Positions 34,720 through 43,994 of a stretch of DNA of 64,000 nt are shown here, piece after piece. The translations under genes were made by a program, and so were the position numbers. A model generated the notes under the pieces. That model ran no database searches, was not told the DNA's origin, and was given only the letters and a program-made list of their open reading frames with translations. Numbering within the stretch: the first letter of the stretch is position 1; each line of letters begins with the position of its first letter. The DNA comes from Desulfobacterales bacterium (GTDB taxonomy: Bacteria > Desulfobacterota > Desulfobacteria > Desulfobacterales > JAFDDL01), in NCBI GenBank assembly GCA_040235505.1, contig JBECKW010000017.1:8139-72138 (forward strand). The letters run 5' to 3'.

Positions 34720-36987
34720 ATGAACATTATCCTGATCTCACTGATCATTCTCGCATCGCTGGCTGTTTTTGACCTGGTTGTCGGCGTCAGCAATGACGCC
34801 GTTAATTTTCTGAATTCCTCCATCGGATCCAAGGTGGCGCCGATGTATGTGATCCTGATTGTCGCCAGCCTTGGAATACTGGCGGGCGTTACTTTTTCCA
34901 GCGGGATGATGGAGGTGGCCCGGAAGGGTATTTTCCACCCCCAAAACTTCAAAGCGCTCGATCTGATGATGATCTTCCTGGCGGTGATGATCACCGACAT
35001 TCTGTTGCTGGACATGTTCAACACCTTCGGTCTTCCCACATCCACCACCGTCTCCATCGTCTTTGAACTACTGGGGGCGGCCGTGGCCGTTTCGATTATC
35101 AAAATCATGAATTCCGGGGAGAGTCTCACCACCCTGTCGGAATACATCAATTCCAGCAAAGCACTCGGGATCATCTCCGGCATCCTTCTGTCGGTGGTAG
35201 TCGCCTTTTTTTTCGGCGCCGTCATTCAATATGTGACCCGGCTTATTTTCACCTTTGATTATCAAAAGCGCATGAAGCGTTATGGCGGCCTCTGGGGTGG
35301 CGTCTCGCTTTCCATGATCACCTATTTCATTCTCCTCAAAGGCGCCAGTGGCGCCTCTTTTATTTCTCCGGAAACGGTCCAATGGATGCAGAGCCATACG
35401 ACCCTGATCCTGATCGGCAGCTTTTTAATATTTACCATTTTATTTCAGATGCTTCTGCTTTTCACACGCATCAATATTCTGAAACCGATCGTGCTCATCG
35501 GCACCTTCGCTCTGGCCATGGCCTTTGCCGCCAATGATCTGGTGAATTTTATCGGTGTCTTCATGGCCGGCATGAATGTCTTTCAGGTTGCAAAAGCCGC
35601 CGCCGATCCTTTAACTGCCTCCATGGCCGCCCTTCAGGCAAAGGTGCCCATCAATACTTACCTGCTGCTTCTGGCGGGGGTTATTATGGTCTTTACCATG
35701 GCGCTTTCTAAAAAGGCCCGAACCGTTACGGAAACCACGGTCAATCTGAGCCGTCAGGATGAGGGTATCGAACGCTTCGGCTCTTCCCCCCTCTCCCGGG
35801 TGGTGGTGCGAATGGCCTCCACGCCCATTGACCTCGTCAAACGGTTGACCCCCGCGCCCGTCGGACGATGGGTGGGAGGACGCCTTATGCCACCCGCGTT
35901 CAAGCAAAAGCGGTCATCCGGAGAAGAAACGCCTTCCTTTGACCTTCTGCGGGCATCCGTCAACTTGATCGTGGCAAGCGCGCTGGTATCATATGCAACC
36001 TCCTACAAGCTGCCGCTGTCCACCACATACGTGACATTCATGGTGGCCATGGGTTCCTCCCTGGCCGACCAGGCCTGGGGACGGGAGTCCGCCGTCTATC
36101 GGGTGACCGGCGTCCTGGCTGTCATTGGCGGCTGGTTTCTGACAGCCTTGGCGGCCTTTACCGTCTCCATGGTATTCGGTTACATTATTTTTCATTTAAA
36201 GCTGCTGGGCGCCTTTGTACTGCTTGCCTTTGCGGTGTTCATGATCTGGCGAAATCATCACGTGCATGCAAAACGAAAAGAGGAGGAGGACACTCTGACC
36301 GCCTTCAGCCTGAAAACAGTGACCACGCCCCAGGCGGCCATTACCATGTCCTTTGAACATGCCGGTGAGTTCCTGAAGGAAATTGGGAGCAATCTGGCCA
36401 ACTCCTTTGACGGACTTTTTCTTGAAAACCGCACCATTCTCAAAGCCGCCCGGGAAAAAACGCGGTGGATCCAGATGTGGGCGAATGTCATTATGGCCAA
36501 CATTTTCAAGACGCTCTATTTACTGAAAAAGTATGACCTCAACGACACCCAGAAATACGTCTCCACCATCCGATCCCTGCAGGAGCTCGCCGAAGGCCAC
36601 CGGGACCTTGTCATCCGCGCCTATCAGCATGTGGATAATGTCCATGCGGGGGTAACGGTCGCGCAACGTGAGGAGCTGGAAAAGATCAAAACCTGCGTTG
36701 TGGGATTGCTGAGCGATGTCTCCGGCATGCTACTGGAAAGAAAAGTTATTGATTACGGATCGTTATTACGGCAGCGCGATACACTGCAGCAGCTGGTGGA
36801 CGAATTTGACAAGCGGCAGATCGAACGTATCCAGAAAAGAGAAACCAAGACCCGGCTCAGCATCCTTTTTTACGGCTTTCTGGACGGCTGCTTGAAAATT
36901 TCAGACCAGACCCTGGCGCTGGTGTCCATCTTCAGAGATTCGTTCATGGAGGAAAATGGCTTGAAAGAAACCTCAAGCCAGGGGTGA
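34720..36987 (+). CDS. PiT-family inorganic phosphate transporter with long C-terminal cytoplasmic (PhoU-like?) extension
   Basis: 755 aa. GVSNDAVNFLNSSIGSKV and FAANDLVNFIGVF are duplicated PiT-type signatures. There are about 11 hydrophobic segments, then about 250 aa of hydrophilic helical tail. Confidence 0.8.
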   Translation: MNIILISLIILASLAVFDLVVGVSNDAVNFLNSSIGSKVAPMYVILIVASLGILAGVTFSSGMMEVARKGIFHPQNFKALDLMMIFLAVMITDILLLDMFNTFGLPTSTTVSIVFELLGAAVAVSIIKIMNSGESLTTLSEYINSSKALGIISGILLSVVVAFFFGAVIQYVTRLIFTFDYQKRMKRYGGLWGGVSLSMITYFILLKGASGASFISPETVQWMQSHTTLILIGSFLIFTILFQMLLLFTRINILKPIVLIGTFALAMAFAANDLVNFIGVFMAGMNVFQVAKAAADPLTASMAALQAKVPINTYLLLLAGVIMVFTMALSKKARTVTETTVNLSRQDEGIERFGSSPLSRVVVRMASTPIDLVKRLTPAPVGRWVGGRLMPPAFKQKRSSGEETPSFDLLRASVNLIVASALVSYATSYKLPLSTTYVTFMVAMGSSLADQAWGRESAVYRVTGVLAVIGGWFLTALAAFTVSMVFGYIIFHLKLLGAFVLLAFAVFMIWRNHHVHAKRKEEEDTLTAFSLKTVTTPQAAITMSFEHAGEFLKEIGSNLANSFDGLFLENRTILKAAREKTRWIQMWANVIMANIFKTLYLLKKYDLNDTQKYVSTIRSLQELAEGHRDLVIRAYQHVDNVHAGVTVAQREELEKIKTCVVGLLSDVSGMLLERKVIDYGSLLRQRDTLQQLVDEFDKRQIERIQKRETKTRLSILFYGFLDGCLKISDQTLALVSIFRDSFMEENGLKETSSQG

Positions 36988-37012
36988 CTCTTTTGTAAAG
37001 ACCGTCAGGCTC

Positions 37013-37525
37013 TCATCCAATGTGAAGGTGGCGTACCAGATGCCCGAGTTCCGGAAAAATCAGTGTCTTACAGGCTAATTTGCAGGCCGCCAGACTTCCG
37101 GGCATACAAAATACCACCGTTCGATCGATAATTCCCGCCAAGGCCCTGGATAAAAGGGCGGCTGAATCGATCTGTTCAAAGCTCAGTTGTGCAAAAAGAC
37201 AACTGAACGCCGTCATTTCCTTTTTTAGCAGCGGCCGTACCGCCTCGATGGTAACGTCCTGAAGACTGATGCCGGTTCCGCCCGTCAGCAGCACCGCCTG
37301 GGGTGAATAATTACGGATCACATCCAGAAGCGTTTTGCTGATGATCGCCGAATCATCAGGGACTATCGAATGATGAAGAACACGATGTCCCTCCTTTTGG
37401 GCCTGCGTTCGGATCCAAAGTCCGCTTTTATCCGTCTCAATGGTCCGGGTGGTCGAAACTGTCAAAATCCCCAGGGTGATATTTTTAGGGGCTGTTTTTT
37501 TATGTTCGTTCGTGCTCATTATCAT
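37013..37525 (-). CDS. moaB: Molybdenum cofactor biosynthesis protein B (MoaB/MogA family)
   Basis: 170 aa. Contains ILTVSTTRT...DKSG and LLTGGTGISLQDVTIEAV, MoCF_biosynth domain blocks. Confidence 0.85.
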   Translation of the reverse strand: MIMSTNEHKKTAPKNITLGILTVSTTRTIETDKSGLWIRTQAQKEGHRVLHHSIVPDDSAIISKTLLDVIRNYSPQAVLLTGGTGISLQDVTIEAVRPLLKKEMTAFSCLFAQLSFEQIDSAALLSRALAGIIDRTVVFCMPGSLAACKLACKTLIFPELGHLVRHLHIG

Positions 37526-37650
37526 CCTTCCGTTTTTTCATGAATCGGGATCCCGAAAAATTCATCTGTAAAATCCCCGTCGACAGAACCAAAATCTATA
37601 TCAACATGAAAGGGAATTTCAAGGACCGATTTGTATATGTATTTAAAATG

Positions 37651-37678
37651 TTGACTTTTTTAGGATAAAAAGTATATA
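37651..37678 (+). promoter_or_regulatory. Candidate sigma70 promoter (TTGACT-16 nt-TATATA)
   Basis: TTGACT at 37651-37656 and TATATA at 37673-37678. It lies about 28 nt upstream of the 37706 start codon. Confidence 0.4.
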
Positions 37679-37705
37679 ACATCGTCATAATTCTTGGAGA
37701 AATTT

Positions 37706-38293
37706 ATGGAAGATATCAAAGAAAAAAAACAGGAAATCCGCGAACAGATGGCCTCCCGCCTCGACGCAATTCCCAGAGAAACACTTGTGGGAAAAAATCA
37801 TGTCGTTGTGGAAAAGCTTTTCGATTTCGCAAATTTTTTAGAGGCAAAAATCGTACTGCTGTACTTGAACAAAGATTGGGAGATAGAATCCAAGAGCATT
37901 ATCGATCGTGCGCTTGAAATGCGTAAGATCGTTGTATTGCCTTTCATCAGTAGAGACAAACCAAAAGTCGCTCTTTACAAAATCGACCAACCGGACAAGG
38001 ACATTATTCTGGATCCCGATGGCATTTCTGCACCGGATACCGGCCGATGTAAAAAGGTACCCATCGACTGTATCGATATTGCCATTGTGCCGGGGTTGGC
38101 TTTTGATGAAAAAGGGGGGCGTATTGGCAGCGGTGAAGGCTATTACGACCACCTGATTCCCAGATTACCCATCACGACACGAAAGGTGGCGGTTGCCCTT
38201 GAAGAACAAGTGATTTCCATGGTTCCCATGGAATCCCACGACAAGTATGTGGACATCATTATCACGGACAACCGGGTGATTTACAAAATTTGA
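37706..38293 (+). CDS. 5-formyltetrahydrofolate cyclo-ligase
   Basis: 195 aa from the ATG at 37706, with a GGAGA RBS (the ORF-track TTG at 37694 is less likely). Contains IAIVPGLAFDEKGGRIGSGEGYYD, the family signature. Confidence 0.8.
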   Translation: MEDIKEKKQEIREQMASRLDAIPRETLVGKNHVVVEKLFDFANFLEAKIVLLYLNKDWEIESKSIIDRALEMRKIVVLPFISRDKPKVALYKIDQPDKDIILDPDGISAPDTGRCKKVPIDCIDIAIVPGLAFDEKGGRIGSGEGYYDHLIPRLPITTRKVAVALEEQVISMVPMESHDKYVDIIITDNRVIYKI

Positions 38294-38946
38294 TGAGCAA
38301 AGAACCTTTGAAGTATGCACGGCAGCGGGAAGATATGGTCCGGCGACAAATTGAAGGTCGTGGCATCGCAGACACCCACGTTCTTTCTGCCATGCGAAGG
38401 GTGCCCCGGCATCTTTTTGTAAGTGAAGCGCTGCGGGACCAGGCATACGGCGATTTTCCGCTGCCCATCGGCCAGCAGCAGACGATTTCCCAGCCTTTCA
38501 TCGTCGCGGAAATGACCCAGGCGCTGACACTGAAAAAGGAGGACCGGGTACTGGAAATCGGTACCGGCTCCGGGTATCAGGCCGCCGTTCTGGCTGAAAT
38601 CGTTTATCGCGTTTATACCATCGAGCGTATTAACTCCCTCTACATCAACGCAAGACGACTGTTCGACCAGCTCAAATATCACAACATCCTGACACGCTAC
38701 TCGGACGGCACCACCGGTTGGCGGGATGAAAGCCCGTTTGACGCCATTATCGTCACGGCCGGTGCTCCCGGCATTCCCCAAGTGCTGGTGGATCAACTGG
38801 CCATCGGCGGGCGTTTGGTCTTGCCGGTGGGAAGCGAGCACAGCCAGGAACTCATCCGGATCGACAAGGACGAGGAGGGTGAAATTCACCAAAGCCCCCT
38901 GGGCGGGTGCAGGTTTGTGAAACTTGTGGGGGAGTATGGCTGGTAG
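38290..38946 (+). CDS. pcm: Protein-L-isoaspartate O-methyltransferase
   Basis: 218 aa. Contains VPRHLFV, QTISQPFIVAEMTQAL, VLEIGTGSGYQAAVLA and GGRLVLPVG. Overlaps the upstream gene by ATGA. Confidence 0.9.
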   Translation: MMSKEPLKYARQREDMVRRQIEGRGIADTHVLSAMRRVPRHLFVSEALRDQAYGDFPLPIGQQQTISQPFIVAEMTQALTLKKEDRVLEIGTGSGYQAAVLAEIVYRVYTIERINSLYINARRLFDQLKYHNILTRYSDGTTGWRDESPFDAIIVTAGAPGIPQVLVDQLAIGGRLVLPVGSEHSQELIRIDKDEEGEIHQSPLGGCRFVKLVGEYGW

Positions 38947-38959
38947 CCCCCTATTTTTC

Positions 38960-39991
38960 CTATAACGCCGGGGTATTTTTCTCGAACCGGCTGAAGACCA
39001 TCATCACCGCTCCCCCCACTGCAAACGTCACCAAAACAGGGATCAAGTCTCCAAGCCCGTGCCACCATGTCAGGTGATTGCTGTAGAGTTTATATCCCGA
39101 GATATGCGTAATCCCTCCATTTACTTTCGTATACAGATCCACCAGCCGGTAAGTCTTGAACGGCCACAGTGCGTAAAGGGAACCCACCATCAGGCCGATC
39201 AGAAAAAAGATGGTCTGGTCTTTGAACCGAGAAAAAACATAATTGAAAATCCGGACGAAAACGGCGAGTCCAGCCAGGCAACCCACCCCGAAAGATCCCA
39301 GATATAAAAGATCTTCCGGATACAAATGGCGCAGCCGGGATATGGCGGCAATCACCGGGTAGTAATAGCCGAAAAGCAGCAGAATGAACGACCCGCTGAT
39401 GCCGGGCAGCACCATGGCGGAAATGGCCAAAGCCCCCATGAGAAAAACGACCAGATATTCCGAAAGCGCATAACCGGTGGAAACATGGGCGCCGACACCT
39501 TGGAGAATCGACTCGTAGTGAAGACTTTTTTCCAGCATCTTGGCCGAGGGATCCACTTGAATGCTGATCAGCAGCGTCACTCCCACGCCCACCAGAAGCC
39601 ACACCGCCGCCGATGGTTTTTTGCTGGATAGAAGCCGGTAAGGAATCGGGATTGAAAACAGAATCAGTCCCAGAAAAAGACCGTAGGTTGCACTGTAGTA
39701 GTTTTCCAGGCTGAATTTCAGCCCCTGACTGAGCAAAAATATGGCCGCCAGGACGCCTATCAGAAGTCGCAGCAAAAATAAAGAATCCTCCGTAAGCATC
39801 AGGGTTTTGAATTCCCGCCATCGGGGTTTTCCAATCCATGACAGCAATGCTTTTGCAAAACGGGCATTATAAGATCCAAGCGCCTTGAGCAGCCTCGGAT
39901 AGATTCCCAGAATCAGGGCGAAGGTCCCCCCGGAGACACCGGGGATAATATTGGCAATTCCGATAATGGCTCCAAAAAAAATCAGCTTCAA
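38960..39991 (-). CDS. DUF368 family membrane protein (family linked to undecaprenyl-phosphate recycling)
   Basis: 343 aa and polytopic. The motif IIPGVSGGTFALILGIY is repeated as VLPGISGSFILLLFGYY, the DUF368 internal duplication. Confidence 0.8.
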   Translation of the reverse strand: MKLIFFGAIIGIANIIPGVSGGTFALILGIYPRLLKALGSYNARFAKALLSWIGKPRWREFKTLMLTEDSLFLLRLLIGVLAAIFLLSQGLKFSLENYYSATYGLFLGLILFSIPIPYRLLSSKKPSAAVWLLVGVGVTLLISIQVDPSAKMLEKSLHYESILQGVGAHVSTGYALSEYLVVFLMGALAISAMVLPGISGSFILLLFGYYYPVIAAISRLRHLYPEDLLYLGSFGVGCLAGLAVFVRIFNYVFSRFKDQTIFFLIGLMVGSLYALWPFKTYRLVDLYTKVNGGITHISGYKLYSNHLTWWHGLGDLIPVLVTFAVGGAVMMVFSRFEKNTPAL

Positions 39992-40054
39992 TGAGACTCC
40001 TTTACCTCCCAGGGGCTCTTTCCCCTGTAAAAATAGAAAGACGTTCCGTATAGG

Positions 40055-41929
40055 TTAACCGCATCGGGTAAATCCGCAACCGCGGCACATCAGGCACCCC
40101 TCTTCGTATAACAACCAGCTACCGCATTCCGGACATTTGCCCGGAGAAAGACGCTTTTCCGGTCCGGGTGGTTTCATCGAAACATTATCGGCCGGATGGA
40201 CGCTCTTGGCGCCGGAAAGTGACGCCTCTGCCATATGAAGCACCTGGTTTTTCCGGCTGCCATACCGGTAAATGGTCACCCCCTTGCATTGGTGACGGTA
40301 AGCGGACAGAAAAATATTTCCAACATCCGTTTGGGTGGCATGGGCCGGCAGGTTGACCGTCTTTGATACCGCGTTATCGGTATATTTTTGAAAAGCGGCC
40401 TGTATCCGGATATGCCAGTCGGGCTCGATATCCAAAGACGTTCGAAAAAGCATCTTTACCGGTTCCGGCACCGAGGCCAGCGATTGAACGGAGCCGCCGG
40501 TTGCGATCTCTTCCGCCAGCTTTTCATTATAAAAACCTCCCGCCTTGGCCGCCTTCATGAATAGCGGATGTGTTTCAAAAAGGTTTCTGCCTTCGAGGAC
40601 CCGCCGGTAGTAGGCAACGGCAAAAAGCGGCTCCACACCGCTGGTTGTACCGGCAATGATACTGATGGTGCCGGTGGGAGCGATGGTGGTGGTGGTGGCA
40701 TTGCGTACATGGGGTGTTTCGGGCCGATCATGACGGCTTCCCCGGTAGGCGGGGAAATTGCCGCGTCGGCGCGCAAGGGCCGCCGTTGCTTCCCGGGCTG
40801 AGGATTGAATCCGCGCCATAACGGATTCCGCCTGATGTGTCGCCTCCTCGGAATCATACCGGATCCCCATACGGATGAGCATATCTGCAAACCCCATCAC
40901 TCCCAGTCCGATCTTTCGGGTCTGCCGGCTCATCCGTTCAATCTCCGGCAGTGGGTATCGATTCACTTCTATGACATTGTCCAAGAAATGTACCGAGTGA
41001 CGTACGACCTCATCGAGCCGGTTGTAATCGACGCTGTTTTTTACGACCATCCGGGACAGGTTAATGGACCCCAGGGTGCAGGATTCATATGGAAGCAGCG
41101 GCTGCTCTCCGCAAGGATTGGTAGCTTCGAAGTTTCCGAGATGGGGTGTCGGATTGTGGCGATTGACCGTGCCCAGAAAAAGGGCCCCGGGCTCACCCGT
41201 CTCCCAGGCCATGGATACGATCCGGCGGAAAATCTTTTCAGAGGAGACCCGGGATACGGACTTACTGGTTCTCGGGTTGATGAGATCGTACTCTCCGCCC
41301 GTTGAGAGGGCGTCCATAAAAGTATCGGTCACGCCGACGGATAAATTGAAATTATTGAGTTTTCCGAGATCCTTCTTGGCATCGATGAAGGCTTCTATGT
41401 CCGGATGATCCACCCGGAGTACCCCCATGTTGGCCCCCCGGCGGGTACCGCCCTGCTTGACAATCTCCGTGGCCACATCGAACACCGACATAAAAGAGAT
41501 CGGTCCGCTCGAAATCCCGGCGGTCGACATCACCACATCGTGCTCTGGTCGTATCCTGGAAAAGGAAAAGCCGGTGCCGCCGCCGCTCTTGTGAATCATG
41601 GCCGAATGTTTCAGGGTGCCGAAAATAGAATCGATGGAATCTTCCACCGGCAACACAAAGCAAGCTGCCAGTTGACCCAAACGGCGTCCCGCATTCATCA
41701 GGGTCGGTGAATTGGGTAGAAACCAGAGGTTTTCCAGCAAGGTTTGAAATACTTCCCGCGTACTGTCGACATTTGCCGCCGCGTCAAGCAGGCGATCCCC
41801 CTCGGCCACCGCCGAAGCGACCCGGGCAAACATTTCTTCCGGTGTTTCGATTACCCGTCCGGCGGCATCTTTTTTAAGATAGCGCTTCTGTAATATGATC
41901 TCGGCCTGCTCTGTCAGATGATGCGACAT
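40055..41929 (-). CDS. nrdJ: Adenosylcobalamin-dependent ribonucleotide reductase (class II, NrdJ), short form with C-terminal zinc ribbon
   Basis: 624 aa. Contains ILQKRYLKKD, NPCGEQPLLPYESCTLGSINL (the active-site Cys/Glu block) and the C-terminal CPECGS...CLMCRGCGFTRCG. Confidence 0.9.
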   Translation of the reverse strand: MSHHLTEQAEIILQKRYLKKDAAGRVIETPEEMFARVASAVAEGDRLLDAAANVDSTREVFQTLLENLWFLPNSPTLMNAGRRLGQLAACFVLPVEDSIDSIFGTLKHSAMIHKSGGGTGFSFSRIRPEHDVVMSTAGISSGPISFMSVFDVATEIVKQGGTRRGANMGVLRVDHPDIEAFIDAKKDLGKLNNFNLSVGVTDTFMDALSTGGEYDLINPRTSKSVSRVSSEKIFRRIVSMAWETGEPGALFLGTVNRHNPTPHLGNFEATNPCGEQPLLPYESCTLGSINLSRMVVKNSVDYNRLDEVVRHSVHFLDNVIEVNRYPLPEIERMSRQTRKIGLGVMGFADMLIRMGIRYDSEEATHQAESVMARIQSSAREATAALARRRGNFPAYRGSRHDRPETPHVRNATTTTIAPTGTISIIAGTTSGVEPLFAVAYYRRVLEGRNLFETHPLFMKAAKAGGFYNEKLAEEIATGGSVQSLASVPEPVKMLFRTSLDIEPDWHIRIQAAFQKYTDNAVSKTVNLPAHATQTDVGNIFLSAYRHQCKGVTIYRYGSRKNQVLHMAEASLSGAKSVHPADNVSMKPPGPEKRLSPGKCPECGSWLLYEEGCLMCRGCGFTRCG

Positions 41930-41976
41930 GGATATTCACACGGATGTCAACTTTTAGGGCGTTCGAAAAAACTTGG

Positions 41977-42882
41977 TTACGAAACCTTTATCCTTGACGT
42001 TAAAAAGTCGAGAAAACATTTGCAAAGTGGTGATGGCGTCCGCTTCTTCAATCGGGTCACGTAGAATCGCTGCGTCAAATCCACCCCTCGAATTTTCAAC
42101 GTTCGAAGCCGATCGGCACGAACGTCGTCGGAAACTGCCAGCATGGATAGAATGGAAACCCCCGCCTCTGCCTTGATCGCCTGAAGCACGGCTTCGGTAC
42201 TGCCCATTTCGGCCGCGACGTTGAGTTTTCGAATGCTGCTGCCTTTTTGCTCAAAACTCTGTTGGATGGATTTAAGGGTTCCCGATCCGCTTTCCCGAAT
42301 AATGAACGGTTCCTTTTGAAGGTCGTCCAAGGTCACCTGCTCTTTTGACGACCATTGGTGGGATGGGGGAATTACGAGTCTCATTTCATCTTCAAACAGG
42401 AGCTCCTGGTGGACGCCGCCGTCTTCTTCCGACAGGGCGCCGACAACCCCCAGCTCCAAATCTCCGGATATGATTTTATCGATGATGCTTCCCGTATCCC
42501 CCAGCACCAGAGAAATCTTTACATCCGGGTAATTTCGGGTAAACATCCCCACCATTCGCGGCAGGATATACACCCCGGGAATTGTGCTCCCGCCAATGGT
42601 TAACCGGCCCTTAATCATCCCCTGAAATTGGGCCAGCGCGGTTTCCGCTTCGTCCCGAAGTGCCAACAGTTTTTTTGCATATCCGTACAGTAGCGCACCG
42701 GCTTTTGTCGGAAGGGCTTCCTTCGGCATCCGGTCTATCAGCTTGCATCCGACGCCTTCTTCGAGATCCTTGATATGGCTGCTCACCGTCGGCTGTGAAA
42801 GATAAACGGCACTGCCGGCTTTGGAAAAGCTCTTGAGTTCTATCACCTTGCAGAACACATTCAGCTGCCACAAATCCATCAC
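41977..42882 (-). CDS. LysR-family transcriptional regulator
   Basis: 301 aa. [36 protein letters not shown] is the wHTH region. It is followed by a LysR substrate-binding domain. Confidence 0.85.
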   Translation of the reverse strand: MMDLWQLNVFCKVIELKSFSKAGSAVYLSQPTVSSHIKDLEEGVGCKLIDRMPKEALPTKAGALLYGYAKKLLALRDEAETALAQFQGMIKGRLTIGGSTIPGVYILPRMVGMFTRNYPDVKISLVLGDTGSIIDKIISGDLELGVVGALSEEDGGVHQELLFEDEMRLVIPPSHQWSSKEQVTLDDLQKEPFIIRESGSGTLKSIQQSFEQKGSSIRKLNVAAEMGSTEAVLQAIKAEAGVSILSMLAVSDDVRADRLRTLKIRGVDLTQRFYVTRLKKRTPSPLCKCFLDFLTSRIKVS

Positions 42883-43397
42883 CTCTGGCCTCCGGCCATT
42901 GAGGAGAATTTCTCCTTCAATTTTTCATACACCACCTCCGGCACCAATTCTTTAATCTGCCCGCCGAATGAGGCTGCTTCCTTGATGATGGAGGAGCTGG
43001 TGAAAATCCATCGAAGTCCTGTCATTAAGAATACCGTTTCAATTTTTCGGTTAAGCCGCCGGTTCATGAGTGCCATCTGAAATTCATGCTCGAAATCGGA
43101 CACCGCCCGCATGCCCCTCAAAATGGCCCCGGCATTTTTAACGACCGCATAATCCACCAAAAGCCCTTCCGACGTGCTCACCTCCACATTGGGAAGATGT
43201 GCCAAACTTTTATTTAACAGTTCAAGGCGTTCCTCCACGGAAAAAAGAGGCTTTTTGGCCGGATTGATCAAAACGGCCACAATAATTCGATCAAACAGCT
43301 TCAGCCCCCGTTCAATAATATCCAGATGGCCGTTGGTCACCGGATCAAAGGATCCGGGATATATCGCTAATCGCTCTGTCATCGATCGCATGTCCAA
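42879..43397 (-). CDS. coaD: Pantetheine-phosphate adenylyltransferase
   Basis: 172 aa. Contains [20 protein letters not shown] and FVMGLRAVSDFE-like ([12 protein letters not shown]) blocks. Confidence 0.93.
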   Translation of the reverse strand: MDMRSMTERLAIYPGSFDPVTNGHLDIIERGLKLFDRIIVAVLINPAKKPLFSVEERLELLNKSLAHLPNVEVSTSEGLLVDYAVVKNAGAILRGMRAVSDFEHEFQMALMNRRLNRKIETVFLMTGLRWIFTSSSIIKEAASFGGQIKELVPEVVYEKLKEKFSSMAGGQR

Positions 43398-43430
43398 TTT
43401 ATAATTTGTAGTTTCGTTTTAAATAAATGA

Positions 43431-43991
43431 TTATATGGCATAAAGTAAAAAAGAAACAAGGGTTTTTCCGTATTTTCGCTGATCCTGCAGAACATACGGC
43501 GAAGCCCCCACTTCAATGGGCTCCCGGGGGGAATGTTCCACCATCACAATGGCGTCTTTTTCCAGCAGCCGGCCGGCATGCAGGCGGGCAAGGGTTGAAC
43601 CGACAAAGCCCTTGTCATACGGCGGATCCATGAACACCAGCTGAAATCCGCCGCCCGAGGCGGACTGCCAGCTGAACTCAAGCCCCAGATCGCAGCGAAG
43701 CACCCGGCAGGCGGTGTCCAGCTTGCAGGCTGAAATGTTTTTTTGAATCACTGAAAGGGGTTGAGGATGATTGTCGACAAATACGGCATATACCGCCCCG
43801 CGGCTCAACGCCTCCAGCCCCAGACTTCCGGTCCCGGCAAACAGATCCAGAACTTTGGCCCCGTTCACTTCGGAGGTCAGGATATTAAAAACGGCCTCTC
43901 TTACCCGGTTTGCCGTCGGCCGGGTCAGCATTCCCGGAACGGAATACAGTTTTTTCCCTCTCAGCCGTCCGCCAATTACCCGAAGTTGCAT
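43431..43991 (-). CDS. rsmD: 16S rRNA (guanine966-N2)-methyltransferase RsmD
   Basis: 186 aa. Contains RVIGGRLRGKKL, RPTANRVREAVFNIL, LDLFAGTGSLGLEALSRGA and FMDPPY. Confidence 0.88.
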   Translation of the reverse strand: MQLRVIGGRLRGKKLYSVPGMLTRPTANRVREAVFNILTSEVNGAKVLDLFAGTGSLGLEALSRGAVYAVFVDNHPQPLSVIQKNISACKLDTACRVLRCDLGLEFSWQSASGGGFQLVFMDPPYDKGFVGSTLARLHAGRLLEKDAIVMVEHSPREPIEVGASPYVLQDQRKYGKTLVSFLLYAI

Positions 43992-43994
43992 GGT

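Noticed and set aside
41930-41976. Expected a cobalamin riboswitch or NrdR box upstream of nrdJ.
   Set aside because: Only 47 nt separate nrdJ from the LysR gene stop. That is too short for a B12 riboswitch, and no acaCwAtATaTwGtgt-like NrdR box is visible. nrdJ is probably co-transcribed with upstream genes.
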